Shown: in pieces, positions 36,149 through 45,067 of the stretch
How positions within the stretch are numbered: the first letter of the stretch is position 1
How the letters are laid out: each line of letters begins with the position of its first letter
DNA from: a candidate division WOR-3 bacterium
Lineage (GTDB): Bacteria > Hydrothermota > Tepidihabitantia > Tepidihabitantales > Tepidihabitantaceae
Assembly (NCBI GenBank): GCA_039801225.1
Contig: JBDRUH010000009.1
Coordinates: 1-45,837, forward strand
Reading direction: 5' to 3'
Length of the DNA: 45,837 nt
Notes under the pieces: generated by a model
The model's input: only the letters and a program-made list of their open reading frames with translations
Told to the model about the DNA's origin: nothing
The model's database searches: none
Position numbers and translations under genes: made by a program

Positions 36149-36905
36149 TCTCTTTTGTCAACCGGTGGATGTTTTCCTTCAACCTTTGTCCGGCACGGTC
36201 CGATGCGGTAGTGTCAATATAACCGGTTGCCGCAAGATAAGCCCTCTTTGCCTCAAGAGTATCACCACTCATCTCCGCCGCGACGCCGAGGTTGTTGAAC
36301 AGCGCACCGGTAAACGCCGGCGCCGGTAACAAAGAAAAAACTCCTCTTTGGCTGAGCTGATAGTATTTCAACGCACTCTCCGGCAAAGAATAGTTTTGCC
36401 AAAGATAGCCGGCATTAAATGCCAGCCAGCCGAGCACTCTCCCGGTGGCATCTATTGCGGTCGTATCAATTCCCTTTAACCCCTCTTGAAATGCTTTAAG
36501 CGCCTCAGTCGGCTGGGCAAGTTCATTATAACATATCCCGATATACCCCTGAATCACCGCCCGCTCTAAGGGGGTTTTATTTCGCTTCATTTTACCCAGC
36601 CGGGCGATAGCATCGCGCAACTCCCGATTGGCAATCATTGTGTCAATTGAACGCAACTCCCTAACAAAATCGACCGAAAGGATGGCAATGAACGAAGTAT
36701 CAATACCAATTTCCCCTAACATTCTACTATAGGCAATCAGGTCAACTTTATTAAGTTTCAGGCTCTCTGGAGGCTCCTGCGGGTTTGGTGGCTGGGAGAG
36801 AATTTTAGTCAGAAAAAACAGTATAAAAAGGAGTACGACACCAACTAAGCCCCACAGCCATTTATTTTTCAGCCAGAGGCGGGATTCCTTACTTCTCTTT
36901 CGCAC
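36114..36905 (-). CDS. membrane-anchored TPR-like protein
   Basis: N-terminal TM helix; helical repeats IGICY...EALKAF, NAGYL...ALKYY, NNLGVA...AKRAY. Confidence 0.7.
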   Translation of the reverse strand: MRKRSKESRLWLKNKWLWGLVGVVLLFILFFLTKILSQPPNPQEPPESLKLNKVDLIAYSRMLGEIGIDTSFIAILSVDFVRELRSIDTMIANRELRDAIARLGKMKRNKTPLERAVIQGYIGICYNELAQPTEALKAFQEGLKGIDTTAIDATGRVLGWLAFNAGYLWQNYSLPESALKYYQLSQRGVFSLLPAPAFTGALFNNLGVAAEMSGDTLEAKRAYLAATGYIDTTASDRAGQRLKENIHRLTKEIKPPPAGQHQP

Positions 36906-36911
36906 AATAAA

Positions 36912-38267
36912 TTACCTCACCTGGATCATTTTCTCCCATCCCGCCTCACCATTAACAAAATAAACACCGTCTTTGGTCTTCTGCCCCGTAACCAACCGAC
37001 CGTTTATATCAAAAACCCTCTTCACCGAACCAAGGTTGAAGGATGCCCTTTTTCTCTGATAATCAAAATGATGCCCTTTTGACCCCTTAATACCGGAATT
37101 TCCTGTCGGATTCCGCTTGTAATATATTTCACCATTTGGACCATCCCGAAAATCGGTCCATACGATATGGACCATATCACCTGCAGACCATACCGAGGGA
37201 TAGTTGGAGACCGCATCATCTTCGGTCAAACGCACCTCCTCCCAGGTCTGTCCCAAATCAGTAGAACGAGCGTAATATATCTCAAAATTGCCATCTCGCC
37301 CATCCGGATACGCTATATGGATATTAGGCTTAGAGAGGCAGATTGACGGCGACCACAAACCGGGCTGGGCAAAACCGCTACTAACCCTAACCGGCTCCTC
37401 CCAGGTCTCTCCTCTGTCAAACGAAAACCGGCACCACAACTCACCATCAACATCTTCATTATCCTGCCAGGCTACGACCACGATTGAATCATCTACCGCG
37501 ACACACGGCCACTGCTGGGCAAATACATTGTCGGTAAGGCGCACATCAGAACCCCAGGTTTCTCCCCGGTCAGTTGAACGCTTGTAATATACATTCCACT
37601 CGCCATCCCGATTGTCTCCCCAGACCAGATGGACAAACTGACCGGCAACCGCAATTGACGGGTCCCATTTTATCCCGCTGGCAGTTGTTAAGCGAGTCTC
37701 CGATGACCAAGTAACTCCGCAGTCAGTTGACCTGCGATAATAAATTTCATAGGAGAATCTACTATCCCGGTTATCCCGCCAGACCAGATGAACATCACTT
37801 CCACCTGCGCCAATACAGGGGTATTCAGAACGGGCGGTATCAAAAGACATCCTCATTTCTGAAGACCAGTTTATACCATTATCGGTTGAACGGAGATAAT
37901 ATATTTCACCATTAGGTCCATTCCGGGTATCAACCCAAACAAGATGAACAACCCCGTTAGCCACAGCAATTGACGGAAACCAGGATTTCCCGGTATCACT
38001 GGTGAGCATAACCTCCTCGGACCAGGTCGCACCTCCATCATTGGAGCGGAGATAAAAAATCTCATTCTCAGAAATTCGGTCATCCCAGAAACATATATGG
38101 ACGATTTTACCTTCACTGACGATGGGATGCTGACTGTTCCGGGAGGTTAGGGAGGTGGCGGGATTAAAGGTAAGACGCTGGTCTGGTTCCCACTGGGCTG
38201 ACAGTAGTCCGGCAAATATCCCGAACATAAACCAGACACCAAAACCTCTTAGTCTCTTATTCTGCAT
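36912..38267 (-). CDS. secreted BNR/Asp-box (sialidase-fold) protein with a short C-terminal sorting-like domain
   Basis: Six S-x-D-x-G-x-(T/N)-W Asp boxes; signal peptide; VFDINGRLV...GVYFV tail. Confidence 0.82.
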   Translation of the reverse strand: MQNKRLRGFGVWFMFGIFAGLLSAQWEPDQRLTFNPATSLTSRNSQHPIVSEGKIVHICFWDDRISENEIFYLRSNDGGATWSEEVMLTSDTGKSWFPSIAVANGVVHLVWVDTRNGPNGEIYYLRSTDNGINWSSEMRMSFDTARSEYPCIGAGGSDVHLVWRDNRDSRFSYEIYYRRSTDCGVTWSSETRLTTASGIKWDPSIAVAGQFVHLVWGDNRDGEWNVYYKRSTDRGETWGSDVRLTDNVFAQQWPCVAVDDSIVVVAWQDNEDVDGELWCRFSFDRGETWEEPVRVSSGFAQPGLWSPSICLSKPNIHIAYPDGRDGNFEIYYARSTDLGQTWEEVRLTEDDAVSNYPSVWSAGDMVHIVWTDFRDGPNGEIYYKRNPTGNSGIKGSKGHHFDYQRKRASFNLGSVKRVFDINGRLVTGQKTKDGVYFVNGEAGWEKMIQVR

Positions 38268-38273
38268 AATTTT

Positions 38274-38301
38274 ATGATAATAACCTCCGGTTAAAAGTCA
38301 A
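38274..38301 (-). promoter_or_regulatory. promoter of the Asp-box gene (leaderless geometry)
   Basis: TTGACT (38301-38296), 16 nt, TATCAT (38279-38274), 6 nt, ATG. Confidence 0.6.
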
Positions 38302-38311
38302 GGAACCGAAT

Positions 38312-39526
38312 ATTTTTGCGCCAAGACATCGTTACCAGGGTACGGCGAGGGTAGTATTGGAGCATTGGTTGAAAAAAGCCGGTGCCTCGTTTAGGATGAT
38401 GGTGTATAAAAACTTTAGAAAGGAGCACCGGCTATGGAGATATCTTACCAGGAAGTGTATCGGATGAATCTCATCCAGGCAAGGTTGGGGTTGGTGAGGA
38501 GTTATCAGCAAAGTGGCAGTATTGCGGCTACCGCCCGGGAGTGGCACACATCCCGCCAGGTGGTGCGGAAATGGCTGCGTCGGTATAATCTTCATGGTGA
38601 GGGTGGACTTTGTGACCTTTCCAGAAGGCCGCACCATTGTCCCCGGCAGACCGCTCCTGGGGTGGAAGAGCGGGTAGTCAAACTGCATACCGCCACCGGC
38701 TACGGTCGCAAGCGATTGGCTTGGGAGCTCTTTCGCTCCGATGGGCTGGCAATATCGCCTAATACCATCCGCCATATCCTTTCTCGCCACCAGCCTGATA
38801 TTAGGACAAAAAGAAAACGCAAACCGTTCTACCCGGCGCATTGGGCATGGGAGAAACTCGGACCATTCGCCCTGGCGCAGGTAGACACTAAGGACATCAT
38901 GGACAAAAATACACTTGGGACAGAACTTTGGACCCATATTGCCCGCTGCCGGCTACCCCGTTACCAGTGGACATTCTGCGAGGCAAAAAGCCGGCTGCGC
39001 TTCATCGCCTTCAGCCGCCAGTTAACCCTAACCAACGGTCTGGCGTTCTTCTACCTCGTGATGCTTCATCTCCGCAGTTGTGGTATTACTAATGAGATAA
39101 TCTGGCAGACCGACTGGGGAGAGGAGTTTGGTGGCTCCAACCCGAACAAACTCGCCTATCTGCAGGAACATTACTTTACACCGCTTGGTGCCAGGCTTGC
39201 CCGCTATCCCAAGGGACGCAAAGAGTACAACGGTAGAGTTGAACGCAGTCACCGAACCGATGACGAGGAGTTCTATCTACCCTGCCTACCCGACATCGCT
39301 GACGAGGAAAGCCTTTTACGAAAAGCCGCCGCCTGGATATACTTCTACAATCTACAACGACCACACCAGGGCGCAGATATGAACCTTCAGCCACCCTTTG
39401 TCCGCTTGCAGGAACTCTTAAACCAAAAATTGCCCCGGCGGCTCGCCTTGCTCCCACCCATCATCCTTGATATAATCAGCTCCAATATTACCCTCCTGGA
39501 TGGTAACGATCTCTTGGCCACATACA
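38312..39526 (+). mobile_element. IS481-like insertion sequence, left tip degenerate
   Basis: Right end reads TGTATGTGGCCAAGAGATCGTTACCA on the minus strand (terminal ACA 39524-39526); left GCCAAGACATCGTTACCA 38320-38337 matches 17/18; no flanking duplication found. Confidence 0.8.
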
Positions 39527-39570
39527 GGTCAACCGGTCTTTTCCAGCGTCTTATCGTCGTAACAATATAA
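38434..39570 (+). CDS. DDE transposase (IS481-like; HTH plus integrase core)
   Basis: VRKWLRRY...GLCDLSRRPH HTH; QVDTK, QTDWGEEF, NGRVERSHRT DDE triad; YNLQRPH. Confidence 0.9.
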   Translation: MEISYQEVYRMNLIQARLGLVRSYQQSGSIAATAREWHTSRQVVRKWLRRYNLHGEGGLCDLSRRPHHCPRQTAPGVEERVVKLHTATGYGRKRLAWELFRSDGLAISPNTIRHILSRHQPDIRTKRKRKPFYPAHWAWEKLGPFALAQVDTKDIMDKNTLGTELWTHIARCRLPRYQWTFCEAKSRLRFIAFSRQLTLTNGLAFFYLVMLHLRSCGITNEIIWQTDWGEEFGGSNPNKLAYLQEHYFTPLGARLARYPKGRKEYNGRVERSHRTDDEEFYLPCLPDIADEESLLRKAAAWIYFYNLQRPHQGADMNLQPPFVRLQELLNQKLPRRLALLPPIILDIISSNITLLDGNDLLATYRSTGLFQRLIVVTI

Positions 39571-39914
39571 CGGGCTGAGTTTCCCCTCAAAGGCTGGCGG
39601 TAATAAACATAAAATGAGTCCTCACTCTGAGGTCTAAACCGCTTCTTGAAACTCACCCCGGAATCGGTCTTGGTGAACGGGCAATCAGGAATGGCTATTG
39701 AATCGGGAAATTGAATAGAAGAATCAACCGGAAAGGGGAAAAAGAAAATAACTGAGATAGCATTTTTTGCTGATGAGAGTATGTGGTAATTGCCTTTAAT
39801 TTCCATTATGCCAGGATGAATCGTTATCGCCACCTCCTCTCGGGTAAAGTGAACCGGTAGAGAAGAGCGAGCGCAGAAGCTGAGCATAAAGATAATAAGA
39901 ATCAGCCGGCGCAA
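39527..39914 (-). pseudogene. exported hypothetical protein, probably truncated by the IS
   Basis: Signal-like N-terminus; starts 1 nt after the upstream gene's stop; frame runs into the IS right end after RRWKRPVD and stops inside the IS at 39387. Confidence 0.65.
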
Positions 39915-39915
39915 G

Positions 39916-41469
39916 TTAATGGATAATGGTCACAGAGCGAATGGTGCGCCGTTCTTTATCCCTGAGGAAATAGACGCCCGCCGGCAGTCTGCTGACATCG
40001 TTGGGTCCGGGTGAAAGTTCCATCACCTTCCGCCCGGAGATATCAAGAAGAGAGGCGACCACCTCTGACCGTCCACCACTAACCGCCGAATAGGGGATGA
40101 GAACTTTGCGGACAATTGTGGCTGTTAGCCGGGAGCCGTTTGTTGGAGGGGTAGTTTGTTCTTCGGCTATGGGGGTATAAACCTTCGGCTTTAAAAGACC
40201 ATCGCCAATAAGGCACATTCCGTAAAACCAGGACTTTTCCCAGGGCTCAAAACCATCCTGAGCCCGCTGGGTAAACCAGTGACGAAACGCCTCAGCAAGG
40301 GTATTGTTACTGCCTAATGGACCATAAAAATCCTCAAACGCCAGCATTGAGCCGGTCTTGGTTGAGCCGATTGCCGCCAGACCGCTGCTGGTGGTAAACA
40401 CATACATCCCGCCGCAGTAACCCTGTTCAACAAATCGGACATTGGAACAGGCGAAAAGGTTATAGAAGCAGACCTCGGGGTCTAAGCCGGGAATCCAGTC
40501 GGCATAAAACCAGTCCCAACTGTCGCCCTGAGCAAACTTCATCGCATGCCCACCGGGCCAGGAGTGGGCACAGAGTTGAATCCACTGATACGGAGCGGTG
40601 TCAATGCGCGGCTGGTAGTCAAGGACTCTGGTCTCTTCCGGGTCTGATATAAAAACCCGCCGAAGGTATAGCAACCCGACACAGGAGTCCCACTCGCCTG
40701 CCCAGGGCTCCCAGTCGTCATCAATATAAACCAGCGCCCGGTCAATAACCGGCAGTTCTTGAGTCCGGTAAAGATGGCAGCGGGAGAGATAATCTTTAAT
40801 GAGCGAATCCTCGTTACCAATCGTTGATACATAAATCCGCGAGATACCGATTTCCGGTTCAATATCGCCATAATGGTCATCATAGATGGAATCAACTCCG
40901 GAAATGAGCGAATCAAATGTGCCATAACGCATCCGGCTATCCTCCCAGATGCCGTCTAAGTCCATAAGGAACAAGTCGCACGGGAACTCCTCATAGCCTT
41001 CATCCGGGTCGCGCTCATAATCGTTGTCCCAGTCGTCAATCATCTGAAACCAGGGGACGGGCAGGTTGCCAATTAACACTGCCGCTATTAGCCCCCTTTG
41101 ATACTCATTCTGCAGAAAGGCACGCAGGGATTCACAACTTGTGCCGCTAACCGCAAATAGCGCCACATCGTAGCCTTCTGCGAGCAGGTCAGACTTCAGC
41201 GTCTCAAGTTCAGCAGAAATTGCCGGGACGAGTGAATCCTGGACAAGAATATCAACCCTTGGCTGGGATTTGTTGCCTTCACTTTCCGGGCGTCCCGGAT
41301 TGTTTATTGATAGCGATTTGACCCACCAACTCTGAGTAGGAGAAAAAGAAGAACGCCATTCACGAAATGTTTTGGGTTTTGAGGAGTCCGGGCTTACCCA
41401 GCGCAGGACATTTACATTGGGCACTTGGGCGAGCAACAGATTGGGTAGAAGCAACAGATAAAATTTCAT
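39916..41469 (-). CDS. secreted peptidase C25 (gingipain)-like protein with T9SS-type-A-like C-terminal domain
   Basis: AVLIGNLP, EIGISRI, candidate His/Cys dyad CAHSW...FACSN, LIGDG; tail DISGRKV...LPAGVYFL; ATG 41469 gives signal MKFYLLLLPNLLLAQ. Confidence 0.7.
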   Translation of the reverse strand: MKFYLLLLPNLLLAQVPNVNVLRWVSPDSSKPKTFREWRSSFSPTQSWWVKSLSINNPGRPESEGNKSQPRVDILVQDSLVPAISAELETLKSDLLAEGYDVALFAVSGTSCESLRAFLQNEYQRGLIAAVLIGNLPVPWFQMIDDWDNDYERDPDEGYEEFPCDLFLMDLDGIWEDSRMRYGTFDSLISGVDSIYDDHYGDIEPEIGISRIYVSTIGNEDSLIKDYLSRCHLYRTQELPVIDRALVYIDDDWEPWAGEWDSCVGLLYLRRVFISDPEETRVLDYQPRIDTAPYQWIQLCAHSWPGGHAMKFAQGDSWDWFYADWIPGLDPEVCFYNLFACSNVRFVEQGYCGGMYVFTTSSGLAAIGSTKTGSMLAFEDFYGPLGSNNTLAEAFRHWFTQRAQDGFEPWEKSWFYGMCLIGDGLLKPKVYTPIAEEQTTPPTNGSRLTATIVRKVLIPYSAVSGGRSEVVASLLDISGRKVMELSPGPNDVSRLPAGVYFLRDKERRTIRSVTIIH

Positions 41470-41474
41470 ATTTA

Positions 41475-41578
41475 ATAATAACTTACAACAGGTTAAGGTC
41501 AAACTATTCAGAGCAAAATCGGCTATCAGGGAAAGGATGCTGGTGGGCAATTGACTGATTTACCCTTTCCGTTATACT
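41475..41578. promoter_or_regulatory. divergent sigma70 promoters
   Basis: Minus strand: TTGACC (41502-41497), 16 nt, TATTAT (41480-41475). Plus strand: TTGACT 41551-41556, 16 nt, TATACT 41573-41578. Confidence 0.65.
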
Positions 41579-41593
41579 CGGAATAAGAGAGCA

Positions 41594-42550
41594 ATGATTT
41601 TATCCCGCCGGTCAAAGGAGTCGCTTAGCGCATTTTTACTCCTTTTGCCGGCAATAATGATTTTATTTACCTTTCGGGTTCTACCCATTCTCCTTTCGGT
41701 GCGGATGAGTTTTTATGACTGGGGTATGGCTGGACCGCGGGCGTTTGTTGGGCTGGGAAACTACCTATCGGTGCTGAAAGACCCAATTTTTTACCAATCG
41801 CTGTTAAATACCGGCTGGTATGTCATCTTTGAAGTTCCCCTGACAATAGTTCTCTCCCTCGGCATAGCGATCCTTTTGAATCAAAAGATCCGCGGTCTTG
41901 GTTTCTATCGCACAGTTTATTATCTGCCGGTCGTAACATCAATTGTGGCTGTCTCGGTGGTGTGGCGCTGGCTCCTCCACCCGGACCGCGGGGTTTTGAA
42001 CTATCTCCTTTCGCTTTTGGGTATAACCGGAATTCGCTGGCTTCAGGACCCACGGGGAATTTTTCAGTTACTTTTGGGAAGCCGGGGTGAAAACCTACCT
42101 TATATCCTGCGCGGACCTTCAATCGCCTTAAGTGGTTTGGTTTTGATGGGCATCTGGAAGGCGCTGGGCTATAACACCATTATCTTTCTTGCCGGTCTGC
42201 AGAACATTCCTAAGACTTATTATGAGGCGGCGCGGATTGATGGCGCTTCAGGTTGGCAAATGTTTCGCCGTATTACCCTACCCTTGCTTTCGCCCACCAC
42301 CTATTATGTGTTGATTATGAGTTCCATCGCCGCATTTGAGACCTTTGCTCAGGTTTGGATAATGACCGGACCGCCACCCGGCGGACCGCTTTCCACAACC
42401 AAGGTGGTGATGTATTACTTCTATGAGAACTCGTTTGAACTCTGGCGTCTCGGTTATGGCGCCTCGGTCGCCTTTATCGCCTTCCTCATCATCCTCCTTC
42501 TTACCATTTTGCAACGGGTCTTCTTGGAGCGGAGGGTGCATTATGGCTAA
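41594..42550 (+). CDS. carbohydrate ABC transporter permease (UgpA/MalF-like)
   Basis: FVGLGNY; EAA loop AGLQNIP...YEAARIDGA...ITLPLLSPT; GYGASVA. Confidence 0.92.
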   Translation: MILSRRSKESLSAFLLLLPAIMILFTFRVLPILLSVRMSFYDWGMAGPRAFVGLGNYLSVLKDPIFYQSLLNTGWYVIFEVPLTIVLSLGIAILLNQKIRGLGFYRTVYYLPVVTSIVAVSVVWRWLLHPDRGVLNYLLSLLGITGIRWLQDPRGIFQLLLGSRGENLPYILRGPSIALSGLVLMGIWKALGYNTIIFLAGLQNIPKTYYEAARIDGASGWQMFRRITLPLLSPTTYYVLIMSSIAAFETFAQVWIMTGPPPGGPLSTTKVVMYYFYENSFELWRLGYGASVAFIAFLIILLLTILQRVFLERRVHYG

Positions 42551-43361
42551 ACTCCGCAACCTGCCGCTTCACCTTTTACTTATTATCGGCAGCGCGGGGA
42601 TGTTGCTTCCATTCTACTGGATGCTCATCACCTCACTGAAGGAACCGCTTGAGGCGCTCAAATTCCCGCCCACCTGGATTCCCCAATCTTGGCGGTTTGA
42701 TAATTACCTTGAGGTCTTCCGCCAGGTTCCGCTTGGGCGCTATATCGGCAATACCGTGTTTATTGCCTTAATGAGTTTATTGGGTGTCCTTATTACCGGC
42801 ATTCCTGCCGCCTATGCCTTTGCCCGGCTCCGCTTTCCCGGGCGCGAGGTTCTTTTTATGGGCTTTCTCGCCCTGATGATGGTCCCACTGCCGGTTTATC
42901 TCGTTCCCTCCTACATCATCCTCTACAAATTGGGCTGGATTGACACCTATGCGGCGATGATCGTTCCCTGGGTGGTGAACATCTTTTCCATATTTCTTCT
43001 GCGCCAGCATATCAGACAGTTGCCTCAGGAACTCTTTGACGCCGCCCGGATTGACGGCTGCTCTGAACTCTGGATTCTTGCGCGGATTGTCATTCCCTTG
43101 TGTAAAGCACCGCTCGCCACCATCGCTGTCTTTAATGTCGTCTCGTCCTGGAACTCCTTCTTCTGGCCGTTGATTGTTACCAACTCAGACCAAATCCGCC
43201 CGCTCCAGGTGGGACTGGCCTATTTCTCGCGCGAGCAGTCAACCAACTACACCCTTTTAATGGCGGCGACAACGATAGCGATAATCCCTTTAATTCTCCT
43301 CTTCTTCCTTGCCCAGAAACAGATAATTCAGTCTCAGGCACGCGCCGGTCTAAAGGAGTAA
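42543..43361 (+). CDS. carbohydrate ABC transporter permease (UgpE/MalG-like)
   Basis: AYAFARLRFPG, LFDAARIDG, WNSFFWPL; ATG 42543 chosen. Confidence 0.92.
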   Translation: MAKLRNLPLHLLLIIGSAGMLLPFYWMLITSLKEPLEALKFPPTWIPQSWRFDNYLEVFRQVPLGRYIGNTVFIALMSLLGVLITGIPAAYAFARLRFPGREVLFMGFLALMMVPLPVYLVPSYIILYKLGWIDTYAAMIVPWVVNIFSIFLLRQHIRQLPQELFDAARIDGCSELWILARIVIPLCKAPLATIAVFNVVSSWNSFFWPLIVTNSDQIRPLQVGLAYFSREQSTNYTLLMAATTIAIIPLILLFFLAQKQIIQSQARAGLKE

Positions 43362-43448
43362 AAAGGATATTTAGACAAACAAATCAATCAACCTCTTAAA
43401 GTCAATATCGGGCTTTTCCTCCTGGCATTTCTTGACAACTGAGTTTAA

Positions 43449-44986
43449 ATGATTAAAAAATATCTATTCTTTTATTCGCCATTTTATCTCTTTGTAGTGC
43501 CCAAATTCCTACTTGGATAAGACAGTATGGGAGGTCGGACCGAGCCGAATTTGCCTTTGGGGGAATAGTTGAAACCGGTGACGGCGATTTCGTTATCTGC
43601 GGCGGCACCTGGTCCGATACCATCTGGGATAAGGACGGTTATATTATCAAAATAAATAATATCGGAGAGACACTCTGGACAAGACGGGTGGGCAGCATGG
43701 GAACTGGTGCTGGTGGTGATTTTATCTGGGATGTAATTTTAAATAGCAGTAACGAGCTAGTCTTCACCGGCACCCGCTACAAATTCCCTTCAGGAAAACA
43801 GGTGTGGTTTTTAAAATACAATCTTGATGGCAATTTGTTAACGGAAAAGATAATCGGTGAGACTCAGGAGGAGAACGGTGGTAAAATACTCCAGAATCCT
43901 GATGGCACTTATATGATTGTTGGTGACACAAAATCCCGTGGCAGTCAAATTGGTGGTAAGGATATCTGGCTTTTAAAAATAGACCAGGACGGTGAAACAA
44001 TCTGGACAAAAACTTATGATTTGTTTTTTAAGGACCAGGGAAGCGGTATTATTCCGTTTGGCAATGGCAATTATCTGATTACCGCCTTCAGTTGCACCGG
44101 TCAATGGTTATTGCCGCCGGCATATATGGGGTTTGCTTCCTATTTTATAATTGATTCGCTGGGTAATGTTTTAAAACTGGTAAAATTTGATGAAGACAGT
44201 TTGACTTCCTTCAGTGATGTTAGACCGACCGGTGATGGCGGAGCAATTATCACCGGGTCGCGGAGTGCAACTGATATATTCCCTAACAGGGATATCTGGG
44301 TGTTAAAGTTAGACGCCAATGCCGATACGGTGTGGACCAAGACCATTGGCACCTATAGGAAATATGATGGCGGGTGTAGCATTTTTCAGAGTGGCAATGG
44401 TGGTTATTACCTCGCCGCTTATTCTCAAGGGTATACGCCACCTGGAATGGAGTATGACAACTGGTGGTTATTGCGACTGGACGATGCCGGCGAAACATTA
44501 TGGACCCGATGGTGGGGTGGTCCTTTGAATGACGACCCCTATTCCATTATTCCTACTTCTGATGGCGGAATTATTATTTCTGGTTGGCGAGATGCTAACT
44601 CCTCATTGGGTGATACTTTGACGATTGGTAATGCCGATTTTTATGTAATAAAGGCGGATACCAATGGCATTGTTAGCGGCATTGAGAATAATGAACGACT
44701 AACGCTTGAACTGGAACATTTCTTGCCATTGCATATTTGTCCTACTTTGTTTAATTCAACTACCACAATTCAATTTTCGCTACCCTTTAGTGACTATGTA
44801 AAATTAGAAATTATTGATATCTCCGGCAGAAAAATCTCCACATTGGTCGACCAGATCCTACCGCCGGGTCGGCATTCTGTAACCTATGCCCCATCTGGTA
44901 TTACCACTGGGGTATATTTTTGTAAATTCAGGACAGGAAATAATTTTTACCTGCTGGAAAAATTGCTCCATTTCGCAACTGATTAG
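43449..44986 (+). CDS. secreted beta-propeller repeat protein with T9SS-type-A-like C-terminal domain; start disrupted or non-canonical
   Basis: Frame open from 43457, encoding a signal peptide and a first repeat upstream of the annotated GTG 43688; ATG 43449 is out of frame across an A6 run; tail FNSTTTIQF...DISGRKI...GVYF. Confidence 0.7.
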
Positions 44987-45023
44987 GGTGTTTCTTTCAA
45001 GTAAAAGATTCTTCCTATAGAAA

Positions 45024-45056
45024 ATAAGAAGGCGGGCAAAATGCCCGCCTTCTTAT
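45024..45056. terminator. hairpin between convergent genes, likely terminator
   Basis: ATAAGAAGGCGGGCA-AAA-TGCCCGCCTTCTTAT, perfect 15-bp stem. Confidence 0.8.
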
Positions 45057-45067
45057 AGAAACCTGAC

